Shown in pieces: positions 30,357 to 40,560 of a stretch of DNA of 64,000 bases. This stretch comes from Clostridia bacterium (lineage in GTDB: Bacteria > Bacillota > Clostridia > Oscillospirales > CAG-272): assembly GCA_017621475.1 (NCBI GenBank), contig JAGATA010000020.1:10948-74947 (forward strand), read 5' to 3'. The notes under the pieces are model-generated. The model ran no database searches. It saw nothing but the letters and a program-made list of their open reading frames with translations, and was not told where the DNA came from. A program made the position numbers and the translations under genes. Every line of letters begins with the position of its first letter. Position 1 is the stretch's first letter.

Positions 30357-30383
30357 AATTTTTTTCCTTCTTCCAAAAAATTT

Positions 30384-31592
30384 TTAATCTATAACTTTTC
30401 CGTCGTAAAGCTCGTTATCGCCGAGGATTATTCTTTCATATCTGCTGATATATCCGCTTCCGCTGCCTTCCGCGGCGATGCAATATCCGTCTTTCTCGAA
30501 AAGTATATCTATTTTTCTTATACGGCATACGCCCTCTTTTATAACGTAAACACCGGTTTGTCCATCGAATACGCGGACGGAGGAGGACGGTATGCGAAGC
30601 CCTTTAACTTCTTCCACGGTTACCTGCGCTCTTTGAAAACGGGAAAAATCGAAATTCCTCGGCAGGGTGGAAGAGGAGAAAACGAGCAACGCTTCGCCTG
30701 TTTCCGTGTCCGTTATCTTCTTTTCTGCCAACAGGGTGATGGGATCGGAATAGGCGTTGTCTATAAACGTAACAGAATACGTTTTGTCTGCCACGATCTG
30801 TTCGCACATTTGCGCCGTAGTGCTGCACGCGAAGTACCATTTATACGACGTTGCGATCTTACCTATCGCGGCGGAGCTTGAAAGCGAATTTGATCTTATG
30901 AGCGAGTTATAACTCTCTATAGTAAGCTCTTTTGCCGCTTGGCTTGTGAATATTGTTTCGTATCCATCCGTGTAAGAATAAAAATATCCCGAATTTTCTG
31001 CCGTTATTTCTGCAGAACTTGCAGAAAGAGAGGAAAGAAGCAATGTTTGCTCCGTCTTCAAGAGTGTGATCTCGGAGCTATAATCGTCATTATTTTTTTC
31101 AACCAGCGCACGCTCGTGCAATAGTACAAGCAGTTCCTTTTCTGCACTCTGCGCAAAAGAGGTATTGCCCCACGCAAGGTTTGATGCTATTTTTTCGCGG
31201 CATTCTTCAATTTGCTTATCGAGCTGAGCAAGGCTTTTTCTGCCGTTGCTATCCTCAAGCACGTCTATTCTGTAATTGAGATCGTTGATCTTTTTTGCAA
31301 GGTCATCGCTGTCAACGAAATATGTATTTGCAAGAGTGCTGTCTTTGGCTACTTTTTCGCCGTTTCCGTGGGTATATGCGCAAATACCGCCTGATGCGGC
31401 GTATATAACAGTTTCATCGCGGAAGATGCAGCCGGAAACATCCAGCGTGTTGTATTCCGTTACGGGTTCAACAAGAAAAAGATTTGCTTCATCTTTGAAG
31501 ATGCTTGCGATATGATAACCTAAATATACCATAGCGAGGGCACAGAGAAGCGCTATTGCGGCGATCTTTGTTTTGTTTTTGTTTTGCGGCAT
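30384..31592 (-). CDS. HlyD-like membrane-anchored adaptor protein (clostridial, upstream of yggS)
   Basis: N-terminal TM, barrel-sandwich G.KV..., DGYE, GLRIP..V. Confidence 0.7.
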   Translation of the reverse strand: MPQNKNKTKIAAIALLCALAMVYLGYHIASIFKDEANLFLVEPVTEYNTLDVSGCIFRDETVIYAASGGICAYTHGNGEKVAKDSTLANTYFVDSDDLAKKINDLNYRIDVLEDSNGRKSLAQLDKQIEECREKIASNLAWGNTSFAQSAEKELLVLLHERALVEKNNDDYSSEITLLKTEQTLLLSSLSASSAEITAENSGYFYSYTDGYETIFTSQAAKELTIESYNSLIRSNSLSSSAAIGKIATSYKWYFACSTTAQMCEQIVADKTYSVTFIDNAYSDPITLLAEKKITDTETGEALLVFSSSTLPRNFDFSRFQRAQVTVEEVKGLRIPSSSVRVFDGQTGVYVIKEGVCRIRKIDILFEKDGYCIAAEGSGSGYISRYERIILGDNELYDGKVID

Positions 31593-31640
31593 AAGCGCTC
31601 CTTTCTTTAGTTGTAAGGGATTATTTTTGGGATTGACTCT

Positions 31641-32582
31641 TTACCTATCTTTGCACACAACGTCTTCGGCGGCGCGGTAAAGCTCCTCTTTGGAGGAGTA
31701 ATCGTCGGGGTAGAGCCAATTTATGTTTTGGCTGCGCAAAAACCAGGTAAGCTGGCGCTTTGCGTAATGTCGCGTGGCAAGCTTTATCTTTTCCGCGCAG
31801 GCGTCTTTTGAATCCTCGCCGCGCACGCAAGAGATCATTTCCTTGTACCCGATGGCGTCGTATGCCGTCGTGCCCGGAATGAGCTTCCCGCTTTCGCAAA
31901 GTGCGCGCACTTCCTCGAAAAGCCCGTTTTCTATCATAATATCAACGCGCATATCTATGCGTGCATAGAGCTTTTCGCGGTCGCGGTAATTAAGCGCGAT
32001 AAGCGTTGCGGGAACGCATGTTGCATTTTCAAGCGCTTTCTTATCCCATTCGGTTTTCGTAATACCGCTTGCTTTTATTATTTCAAGTGCGCGAATAACG
32101 CGCTTTACGTTGTTCATGTGTATCTTTTCCGCAGCTTCGGGGTCTTTCCCCTCAAGGAGTGCGTGGAGCGCTGCGTTGCCGTTTGCTTTTGCAAATTCGG
32201 AAAGCTCCGCTCTGTAAGCCTCATCAGCCTCAAGCTCCCCGAATTCCGTTCCGCGAAGGAGCGAATCCTGATAAAGTCCCGTGCCGCCGCAAAGTATGGG
32301 TGTTTTGCCCCTCTTTTGCACATCGGCAATTATTTCTTTCGCTTTTGCGGTGAAATCCGCAACGGAGAAATTTTCTGTGGGGTCTGCGATATCTATCATA
32401 TGGTGGCGCACACGCGCAAGCTCATCTTTGGCGGGCTTTGCCGTGCCGATATCCATGCCGCGGTATATTTGCATGGAGTCAAAGGATATTATCTCGCCGT
32501 CAAAGCGTTCGGCGAGGAAAAGCGCAAGGTCGCTCTTTCCGCTTGCCGTCGGTCCTGCGACGGAAATGATTTTGTTATTCAT
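31641..32582 (-). CDS. miaA: tRNA dimethylallyltransferase
   Basis: GPTASGKS, DSMQIY.GMDIGTAK, GGTGLY, YAKRQLTWF. Confidence 0.97.
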   Translation of the reverse strand: MNNKIISVAGPTASGKSDLALFLAERFDGEIISFDSMQIYRGMDIGTAKPAKDELARVRHHMIDIADPTENFSVADFTAKAKEIIADVQKRGKTPILCGGTGLYQDSLLRGTEFGELEADEAYRAELSEFAKANGNAALHALLEGKDPEAAEKIHMNNVKRVIRALEIIKASGITKTEWDKKALENATCVPATLIALNYRDREKLYARIDMRVDIMIENGLFEEVRALCESGKLIPGTTAYDAIGYKEMISCVRGEDSKDACAEKIKLATRHYAKRQLTWFLRSQNINWLYPDDYSSKEELYRAAEDVVCKDR

Positions 32583-32592
32583 AAATACCTCT

Positions 32593-32631
32593 TCGCTTTC
32601 TTGTAAGAAAGCTCGGCAAAGAACTTTCCTC
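32593..32631. repeat. REP-like element (family A)
   Basis: tcgctttcttgtaagaaagctcggcaaagaactttcctc; related to 1900-1938 and 58195-58230. Confidence 0.6.
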
Positions 32632-32681
32632 AAAAGCAGCCGAAACTGCCGATAAAATTTTTTGTTTTTCGTAGGACTGTT

Positions 32682-33423
32682 TTTATTTTATGAGCATCGC
32701 ATTGCCGGTATATAAGAAATTTACCAAAGTCTCATGATAACTAAAAAGAGAAATACTCTGCCACATCGGCAAGGGTGCGCTCAACACCGGTATCGTCATT
32801 CCAGTCAATATTTTTTATATTCAGCTCCAATACCCAATCGGGAAGAACTGTTTGGTCGCAGGAAACAGCCGCATATGCGTTTTGAATAAACGCTTCTTTT
32901 TCCGTTTCACTTAAATCCGTGCGATTTTTAATTTCATTAAGATTACTGTGGTCGGGACGGTTGAACCAGTCAAATTCCTTGCCGCAATTTCGCAGATGAA
33001 CCGTATGTGTGGCGATAGGTGCTATGGTATGATAATCAATATCTCCCTCACAAATAATAATTTTGTGTTTTTTGGCAAGAGCGATTAAATCAACAATTAT
33101 CATAGGTGTAACTTCTTTTTGTATATGGTATTCTCTATCCGCAATAACTTCCTTGGGAAGTTCCCAAAAGCTCTTTACACCGTATTCCTTTATATAATTA
33201 CGGCACATATACGGTTGCTCTTCGGGATTGGCTTCTCCCCAATGGTAATCCTTGGCGTTATCGGTACTGTATACATAAAAACCATATTTTTCATTCAATA
33301 GATTGGCAATCGTAGTCTTTCCTCTGCCCCATATAAAGTAAACATTGTTAATAGCTCTTTTGATTATGCTATCTGAAATATACATTTTTTCACCTTAATT
33401 TATTTTATGAGCATCGCATCGCC
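32682..33423 (-). mobile_element. One-gene cassette bounded by a duplicated queA 3' end
   Basis: 25-bp direct repeat tttattttatgagcatcgcat(t/c)gcc at 32682-32706 and 33399-33423. Confidence 0.7.
32741..33385 (-). CDS. P-loop NTPase/kinase-like hypothetical protein
   Basis: VYFIWGRGKTT shortened Walker A; IICEG Walker-B-like. Confidence 0.7.
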   Translation of the reverse strand: MYISDSIIKRAINNVYFIWGRGKTTIANLLNEKYGFYVYSTDNAKDYHWGEANPEEQPYMCRNYIKEYGVKSFWELPKEVIADREYHIQKEVTPMIIVDLIALAKKHKIIICEGDIDYHTIAPIATHTVHLRNCGKEFDWFNRPDHSNLNEIKNRTDLSETEKEAFIQNAYAAVSCDQTVLPDWVLELNIKNIDWNDDTGVERTLADVAEYFSF

Positions 33424-34470
33424 AAAGGAGAAGAATTTATATCTTTCCTCGATAGCTTTTTCATATGCGCTCATAACGAAATCCTTTCCCGCAAGGGCGG
33501 AAACGAGCATTATAAGCGTGCTCTCGGGCAGATGGAAGTTTGTGATGAGCATATCAACGGCCTTGAATTTATATCCCGGGTAAATGAATATACCCGTGTC
33601 CGCGCTTTGTGCTATGACCGTGCCGTCATCGAGGGAGGAGCTTTCAAGCGTTCTGCAGGACGTTGTGCCAACGGCGATAACTCGTCCGCCGTTTTTGCGC
33701 GCCTCGTTTATCTTCCTTGCGGATTCTTCGGATACCGTGAAAAATTCGCTGTGCATAACGTGGTTCTGTATCTTGTCCTCCTTAACGGGGCGGAACGTGC
33801 CAAGTCCGACGTGGAGCATAACGGGTGCTATCTCAACGCCCATATCGCGTATCTTCCCGAGAAGTTCTTCCGTGAAGTGAAGTCCCGCCGTGGGCGCTGC
33901 CGCAGAGCCTTCCTCGCGCGCATAGACCGTCTGGTAATCGCTGTTGTTTTTGAGTTCAGCTGTAATATACGGGGGCAGGGGCATCTTGCCTATTTCATCG
34001 AGGATGGAATAGAGCGTATTGCCGTCCTCGCGGTTATAATCGAATTTAACTATACGGCAACCGTCTTCGGTAGCGGAGAGGATGGTTGCTTTGAGCTTGC
34101 CGTCGCCGAAGATGACTTCAGTGCCGTTTTGCAGTCTTCTGCCGGGGCGGGCGAGGACTTCCCAAGTGTCAAGCTCCTTCTGGCGAAGCAGGACAAATTC
34201 AACGTCCGCACCGCCCGTGCTTACTTTTTTTCCGTATATGCGAGCGGGAATGACCTTGGAATCGTTGATAACGAGCACGTCGCCTTTTCGCAGATATTCC
34301 GTTATATCGCGGAATATCTTATGTTCTATCGTTTTATTTTCTTTATCGAGCACCATAAGGCGCGCTTCATCTCTCTTTTCGTAAGCGTGCTGGGAGATGA
34401 GCTCTTCGGGAAGATCGAAATAAAAATCGTGTGTTTTGAGATCTGTTTTTGTAAGTTCGTTCTTTATCAT
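33400..34470 (-). CDS. queA: S-adenosylmethionine:tRNA ribosyltransferase-isomerase
   Basis: [37 protein letters not shown]. Confidence 0.97.
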   Translation of the reverse strand: MIKNELTKTDLKTHDFYFDLPEELISQHAYEKRDEARLMVLDKENKTIEHKIFRDITEYLRKGDVLVINDSKVIPARIYGKKVSTGGADVEFVLLRQKELDTWEVLARPGRRLQNGTEVIFGDGKLKATILSATEDGCRIVKFDYNREDGNTLYSILDEIGKMPLPPYITAELKNNSDYQTVYAREEGSAAAPTAGLHFTEELLGKIRDMGVEIAPVMLHVGLGTFRPVKEDKIQNHVMHSEFFTVSEESARKINEARKNGGRVIAVGTTSCRTLESSSLDDGTVIAQSADTGIFIYPGYKFKAVDMLITNFHLPESTLIMLVSALAGKDFVMSAYEKAIEERYKFFSFGDAMLIK

Positions 34471-34582
34471 AATTTATCAAACACCGTTTCACTTGCTTTT
34501 ATAAAAGTATTATATATTATACCACCGTTTTCGCCCCGTGGCAATGCTTTCTTTAATAAAAATCGCGCAAATGGCGCGCTTG

Positions 34583-34611
34583 TTGACAATATATCGGAGA
34601 AATGGTATAAT
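34583..34611 (+). promoter_or_regulatory. sigma-A promoter
   Basis: TTGACA-17-TATAAT with extended TG. Confidence 0.75.
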
Positions 34612-34646
34612 ATAATAAAAGGTAATTTTAATTTAAGGGGGATATT

Positions 34647-34873
34647 ATGAAAAAAATATTATCAATAATTCTTGTGCTTACAATGCTTGCGCTTTCCTCC
34701 TGCGCGAACGGGGCGCAGAGTACGTCGGCGGAAGAAACTTCAAATACTTCTGCAAGGAGCTGTTGTTTGAAACGGTAAAGCTCGTGCCCGAGCTTGCAAC
34801 AGAAAAAGGATATGTGCTTTCGGAGGAGGGAGAAACCTTAATAACATATATAAAAGAACAAGGGGATAAATAG
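34647..34873 (+). pseudogene. Lipoprotein remnant (frameshifted/internally deleted)
   Basis: MKKILSIILVLTMLALSSC; stop after 43 codons; another frame continues KELLFETVKL.. to TAG at 34873. Confidence 0.6.
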
Positions 34874-34950
34874 GAAAATATATTAAACAAAAAAATGTGC
34901 GAAAGCATATTTTTTTTATAACATAGGAAATTACTTCAAAATGAGATAAA

Positions 34951-35026
34951 ACCTCTTCCGTATTTTGCTCCGCAAAATCGACCTTCCCCTTTGGGGAAGG
35001 TGTCAGCGTAAGCTGACGGATGAGGT
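34951..35026. repeat. REP-like palindromic element (family B)
   Basis: acctcttccgt..ccttcccctttggggaagg..acggatgaggt nested hairpins; homologous to 4473-4620. Confidence 0.75.
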
Positions 35027-35203
35027 AGGGTGCGATTTATCGCACTTTTTTATTTAGCCAAACCATTGCTTTTGGCATTATTGTTAAATTTTAACAAATG
35101 ACATTTGCGAAAATTGCAGTTTTTTGTTGACTTATATCAAATTTTTGATATAATAAGGGATAATAATTATTATTTTTCTACGCGAGAAAGGGAAAATTAA
35201 ATT

Positions 35204-36724
35204 ATGAAAAAAATAATATCATTATTATTGGCATTCGCGCTTCTTTGCGGTGCTGCGGCTCTTGCTTCCTGCGGTGGCGGAAATTCCGACGTTACTACAG
35301 ACGGAACGAAAGATGCTATCGGCACGGGTACACAGACAGAGGGTACAACAAATTCAGTTGAGCTTCCTGACCCTTTTTCGGAATCTGATATAGGCGAAGA
35401 AAAGCTTCCCGGATTTGAACATGTTGATTTTGGCGGAAAGATCTTCACTTTCGAAGCTATCCTCAACAGAGCGGACTGGAACTGCTATGAAGTAGCGGTC
35501 GTTGATGAAGATGCATCCGACTCTCTTTCCATGTCTATTACAAGAAGAAACGACACTATCTGCGAGCTTTATAACTGCGGTATAGAGCAGATCACAAACG
35601 CAGACGGCGTTCTTTCCAATGACTTTGCAACAGAGCAGTGCCACGTTGACATCGGTACTGGCATGGCAAGTCTCGGTAACCTTGGTACGGGTAAGTGGTA
35701 CAACTATCATACGCTCGGCGTTGACCTTTCCAACCCTTGGTGGGATCAGGGCTTTGTAAAAGACGTAACTGTTGACAACAGACTTTATGCTATCCTTGGC
35801 GACTTCTCCCTTACATCCTTTGACGCTACTTGGGTTCTTTTCTTTAACAAAGACGTTCTTGACCAGAACGAAAAGCTTCGCGGTACAGACCTCTATGCAC
35901 TTGTTGAAAACGGCGAATGGACTATCGATAAGTTTACTGAACTCGTTCAGAAAGCTAAACAGGACGATGGTGACCAGGTTATGACAACAGGTTCTGCCGA
36001 TATTTTTGGTTATATCTCCTCTACATTCGGCATCCGCGGCCTTTATTTTGGCGCGGGCGGTACATACGTTACAAAAACAGATGACGCAGCCGGCAACACA
36101 ACATTCAAGCACGGCTTCAATGACAGCGCTTCTCTCGTAGCACAGGCTGTTATCGATATTTATGCTGATGAATCTACAACTATTGCAACATATACAACAG
36201 TTGGTACACAGTTCACAAACGGCCTTACACTCTTCGCTCCCGAAACTCTTGATAAAGCCAGAAACTGGTCCGAAGCAGGTCTTAAAAACTTTGGCGTGCT
36301 ACCTCACCCCGTTTACAGCGAAGAACAGCTCCAGACGGTAGGCTACAAGCACAACGTGGATAACCACGCTATATACTATATAATCCCCAAGACTATCAAT
36401 TACGATCTTTCCATTATAGCTGACTTCCTTGAAATTTGGGGCTTCCATTCCAGATATATCGTATATCCCCAATTCCTTAACCTCTATAAGTATAACTGGA
36501 CAAACTCCGAAGAAGATGCCAAAATGATCGACATTATTATGAATACAAGAACATATGATCTTGGTTATCAGCTTAACTTCGGCGGCGTTGACGCAGAACT
36601 TATTGCCGGCGTTCAGAGCGGAACAAACATCGTTTCCCAGATCGGTGCGGAACTCGGCGACGTTGTTGAAGAAAAAGCACAGGCTTATAAGGATTGGATC
36701 AAATCCACAGACCCTAACGCATAA
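35204..36724 (+). CDS. Orphan extracellular solute-binding lipoprotein
   Basis: Lipobox LASC; DL.NPWW, FNKD, LVE.GEWT.DK, FGVLP.P; own promoter and terminator. Confidence 0.8.
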   Translation: MKKIISLLLAFALLCGAAALASCGGGNSDVTTDGTKDAIGTGTQTEGTTNSVELPDPFSESDIGEEKLPGFEHVDFGGKIFTFEAILNRADWNCYEVAVVDEDASDSLSMSITRRNDTICELYNCGIEQITNADGVLSNDFATEQCHVDIGTGMASLGNLGTGKWYNYHTLGVDLSNPWWDQGFVKDVTVDNRLYAILGDFSLTSFDATWVLFFNKDVLDQNEKLRGTDLYALVENGEWTIDKFTELVQKAKQDDGDQVMTTGSADIFGYISSTFGIRGLYFGAGGTYVTKTDDAAGNTTFKHGFNDSASLVAQAVIDIYADESTTIATYTTVGTQFTNGLTLFAPETLDKARNWSEAGLKNFGVLPHPVYSEEQLQTVGYKHNVDNHAIYYIIPKTINYDLSIIADFLEIWGFHSRYIVYPQFLNLYKYNWTNSEEDAKMIDIIMNTRTYDLGYQLNFGGVDAELIAGVQSGTNIVSQIGAELGDVVEEKAQAYKDWIKSTDPNA

Positions 36725-36789
36725 TATTATAAAGCATAATATACAAAAAGAACCCTGTTTTTGAAACGGGGTTCTTTTTGTATGCAAAA

Positions 36790-37434
36790 TTTTGTCTTTT
36801 TTGTACGTCATATACGGAAATGATTTTTGGCATTTCCAAAATCGTATCTTCGCTTATTCCTCGAACGGCAACGCGTTTGTGCTTGCTTATTATATCGAAG
36901 AAGTTCACCTTCGGCTCAATATCCATGTCTTCCCACTCTACCATAACATTTTGTGCATAATGCTTTGCGAATATGACCGATGCCTTCCATCACAACTCCG
37001 CCGGAGGTGGAGTTATAAAGGTAATGCTCCGCATTTTTCCTTGCAACGTATTCGGATGGGGAATAAAAATGCAGTTTTATTTCGTTTTTGCCAAGCAGGG
37101 CTTTTTCTTTGATGTCGGCACGCCACATGCGGTGCATATTTTCCGCATAAAACAAGTGCTTTCCGTTAAAATGCACGTCGCAAAGCGTATCTATTCCGTA
37201 AAAGCAGAGTTCAAGATGCTCTTTTTTAAACATTTCCTCGGTTACACTTACTTCTGCTGTCATTTCACAATCTTTTGCCGAAAGAGGCGTTGCGCTTTTT
37301 TCGTTCATATGATAATAGGGGTGGTCTATTATTTGGTGTTCGATCAGCGCGGAATAGAGTTAGAGCGGCACTTTGCCCGTAAGCTCATATTCGCCGTAAT
37401 AAAGAGTCCAATCTGTTATTTTTTCGGAGAGCAT
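36790..37434 (-). pseudogene. GH2 beta-mannosidase-like pseudogene
   Basis: WTL..KVPL*LYSALI..IIDHPYY.MNE, F.GIDT, NMHR, HIRKA; frameshift, stop and jump to C-terminal NFFD..SVYD. Confidence 0.75.
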
Positions 37435-37539
37435 ATTATTTTTCCTTTACGAATGATATGTATAATATTATTATAAATCAGAGTGTGGTGCAAGTCAATC
37501 GAAAGAAAGAAGCCCTCTGAAAAGAAGGCTTGAAAAATA

Positions 37540-38988
37540 TCATTTATTTTTTTTCCAAAACGATGGTGTGAATATAAGGATCATTGGGAATATTTCAAGT
37601 CTGCCCAGAAGCATCGCAAGGGAAAGCAGAAGCTTTGCAGGGGCAGAATACGCGGCGAAGCTTGAAGCGGGGCCGACCGCGCCAAGGCCGGGACCGATGT
37701 TGTTGAAGCATGCGAGCGTTGCCGTGAAGTTTGTTTCAAAATCGAACGGCTCAAGCGAGATGAGAAGAAAAATGCAAAGGAAAAGTATAAGATAAAGGGC
37801 AAAATAAGAATTTACGCCGTGTATCGTTTTATCGTCGAGCTTGCGCCCGTCAAGACTAACGCCAGAAACGGAGCGCGGATGTATCATCTGGCGAATATCC
37901 CTGAAAAAAGTCTTTATTGCTATGATGAAGCGGGATACTTTGATGCCGCCTGCCGTGGAACCTGCACAGCCGCCGAGGAACATAAGTATCACGAGCAGAG
38001 AACGGGAGAAGTTCGGCCAAGCGTTGAAATCCGCCGTGGAATATCCTGTTGTTGTTATTACGGATGCCACTTGGAAGAATGCGTGGCGCACGGAATCGGA
38101 GATGCTTTCATACATAGAGTAGATGTTGAAGGTTATTGCAATGCTCGAAACCACAACGATACCGATATACACCCATATCTCGGTGTTTTTTGCAACAGCC
38201 TTGAACTGACGCACAAGCAAAAGATAAAATAGGTTGAAGTTTACGCCGAAGATGAGCATAAATATCGTGATGACCCATTGCAGATAGGGGCTGTAGCTTC
38301 CGATGCTGTCACCGAGAATTCCGAAGCCGCCCGTGCCCGCCGTTCCGAACGCGTGGACAAGGCTTTCGTAAACCGTCATTCCGCCGAAAAGCAGGAAAAC
38401 GACCTCTATCGCTGTCAATGCAATATATATAAGGTAGAGTATCTTTGCCGTGTTTTTGATTTTCGGAACGAGCTTGCCCACAACGGGACCGGCCATTTCC
38501 GCGCGCATTATGTGTATGGCTCTGCCGGAATCCTGCGGAAGTATTGCCATTATGAAGACGAGAACGCCCATACCGCCGAGCCAATGTGTAAAGCTGCGCC
38601 AGAAGAGCATACCGCGGCTCAAGGCTTCCACGTTATTGAGTATGGAAGCACCCGTTGTCGTAAATCCGCTGACCGTTTCAAATAAGGCATCAACGCAGGA
38701 AGGTATCTGACCGCTGAAAACGAACGGAAGCGCACCAACGGCGGACATAAGTATCCACGCAAGCGCAACTATTGCAAAGCCCTCGCGCGCGAAGAGCATT
38801 TTATCGTTTTTGCCCGTGGCGTGGACGAGGAAGAAGCCTATTGCAAGAGCTATAAGCGCGGATAAAAGGAAGGAGATAGCGCTTGCTTTTTCGCCGTAAA
38901 TAAGACTTACTGTAAGAGGGAGCATAAAAAGCACGGCTTCAAGCTGCATAATGCGCCCGACGATATAGGAAACTATTTTAAAATTCAT
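37540..38988 (-). CDS. trkH: Trk potassium uptake membrane protein
   Basis: ETVSGFTTTG, GTGGF, TTTGY, GGCAGSTAGGIK, NNIGPG, GRLEI. Confidence 0.95.
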   Translation of the reverse strand: MNFKIVSYIVGRIMQLEAVLFMLPLTVSLIYGEKASAISFLLSALIALAIGFFLVHATGKNDKMLFAREGFAIVALAWILMSAVGALPFVFSGQIPSCVDALFETVSGFTTTGASILNNVEALSRGMLFWRSFTHWLGGMGVLVFIMAILPQDSGRAIHIMRAEMAGPVVGKLVPKIKNTAKILYLIYIALTAIEVVFLLFGGMTVYESLVHAFGTAGTGGFGILGDSIGSYSPYLQWVITIFMLIFGVNFNLFYLLLVRQFKAVAKNTEIWVYIGIVVVSSIAITFNIYSMYESISDSVRHAFFQVASVITTTGYSTADFNAWPNFSRSLLVILMFLGGCAGSTAGGIKVSRFIIAIKTFFRDIRQMIHPRSVSGVSLDGRKLDDKTIHGVNSYFALYLILFLCIFLLISLEPFDFETNFTATLACFNNIGPGLGAVGPASSFAAYSAPAKLLLSLAMLLGRLEIFPMILIFTPSFWKKNK

Positions 38989-39000
38989 ATTGCCACCCGC

Positions 39001-40362
39001 TTATCTTGCAAGAATATCGGAAATATCGTCAAGACCCTTGTTCGTTGTGATAACAACGACGCGGTCGCCTGCAAGAATTTCCGTGCTGCCTTCGGGAGTG
39101 ATTATCTTCCTGTCGCGTATGATGCCGATTATGAGGATATTCTTGCGAAGCTTAATGTCTTTGAGGCAAACGTTCGTAAGCTTGGAATCCTCTTTTACGT
39201 TGAATTCGAGCGCTTCTACCTTATCGTCCATAAGCTTATAGAGCGTTTCCACGTTACTGCCCTTGGAGTTTTCGAGCGCACGGGCGTAGCTTAATACGAC
39301 GTTGGAAACTATCTTCTTCGGGGATATGATGGAATCCACGCCGAGCTTTTCTGCCATCGGCACAAGCTCATCGCGGTTGATCTTGGCAATGACCTTGGGA
39401 ACTTCGTTCATCATAGCGAACATAGAAACAAGGATGTTCGTTTCGTCAAGCCCCGTAAGAGAAACAAAAGCGTCTATGCGGTTAAGACCCTCTTCAAGCA
39501 GAAGCTCCTGCTGTACGCCGTCACCGCAGATGACTATTGCGCGGGGAAGCGCATCGGAAAGCGTTTCGCACGTTTTTTCGTCTTTATCTATTATTTTGAC
39601 CGTAGAGCCGATGTTTGTGAGCATTTCCGCAAGGTAATATGAGATCCTGCTTCCGCCGAGGATCATAACATCCTTTGCCTGACGCTGGAATATACCCGCG
39701 CCGCGGAAGAATTTTGCAAGCTCTGTGTGGGAAGCCGTAACGCCTATTCTGTCTCCGCTACGGAGCACGAAGTTACCGTAAGGAATGAACACCTCATCAC
39801 CGCGCTGAACACAGCAAACAAGCACCTGCGCTTTAAACTTGTGTTTTATTTCGCTGAGCTTTACGCCGTCGAGCAGAGAGTCTTCTTTGAGGCGAACTTC
39901 TATCATGTCCATATTTCTGTGGGAGAAGGATTCTATTTTTACCGCAGAGGGAAATTTGAGAAGATTGAAAAGCTCGCGCGCAGCAAGCCTTTCGGGGTTT
40001 ATCGGCATAGAAAGCTCCAGGCTCTTTTTCATAACGTCAAGGCTTTTGTCGTTATATTCGGGTGTGCGTATGCGCGCGATGGTATGCTCCGCACCCATTT
40101 TTTTAGCTATAAAGCAGCTGAGCATATTGAGCTCGTCGGAGTCGGACACGGCGATGTAGAGGTCGGCGTCTCCAACGCTTGCTTCTTCAAGAATGTCGCT
40201 GTCAACGCAGTTTCCGCAAACGCCCATTACGTCACAGATGTTCGTGATCTCTTCTATTACGACGGGATCGTTGTCTATTATCAGAATGTCGTGACCTTCG
40301 GCAACAAGAGTTTCGGTAATGGTCTTACCGATCTTTCCGCAGCCTGCAATGATTATTTTCAT
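39001..40362 (-). CDS. trkA: Trk potassium uptake regulatory subunit
   Basis: Two RCK domains, IIAGCGKIG and ILGGSRI. Confidence 0.95.
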   Translation of the reverse strand: MKIIIAGCGKIGKTITETLVAEGHDILIIDNDPVVIEEITNICDVMGVCGNCVDSDILEEASVGDADLYIAVSDSDELNMLSCFIAKKMGAEHTIARIRTPEYNDKSLDVMKKSLELSMPINPERLAARELFNLLKFPSAVKIESFSHRNMDMIEVRLKEDSLLDGVKLSEIKHKFKAQVLVCCVQRGDEVFIPYGNFVLRSGDRIGVTASHTELAKFFRGAGIFQRQAKDVMILGGSRISYYLAEMLTNIGSTVKIIDKDEKTCETLSDALPRAIVICGDGVQQELLLEEGLNRIDAFVSLTGLDETNILVSMFAMMNEVPKVIAKINRDELVPMAEKLGVDSIISPKKIVSNVVLSYARALENSKGSNVETLYKLMDDKVEALEFNVKEDSKLTNVCLKDIKLRKNILIIGIIRDRKIITPEGSTEILAGDRVVVITTNKGLDDISDILAR

Positions 40363-40497
40363 AAAAGGTCCTTTCTTTTGCCCCATAAAGGTAAGCAAAA
40401 AGCAAAAATTGTTTATTTTATTATTTTACCATATGGAGTATTTCTTTTCAAGACTTTGACAAAAAAATACAAAAAACACGCGGTAAAAAGGGAAAAC

Positions 40498-40526
40498 TTG
40501 ACAAACGGGGCTTTTTATGGTATAAT
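40498..40526 (+). promoter_or_regulatory. sigma-A promoter of protease islet
   Basis: TTGACA-17-TATAAT with extended TG. Confidence 0.75.
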
Positions 40527-40560
40527 AAACATATCATTAAAAGTCAAGGAGGAAAAGCCT

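Noticed and set aside
39727-40560. N-terminal part of the 918-aa ORF
   Set aside because: Antisense to trkA; the true start is 40561 (promoter, RBS, signal peptide)
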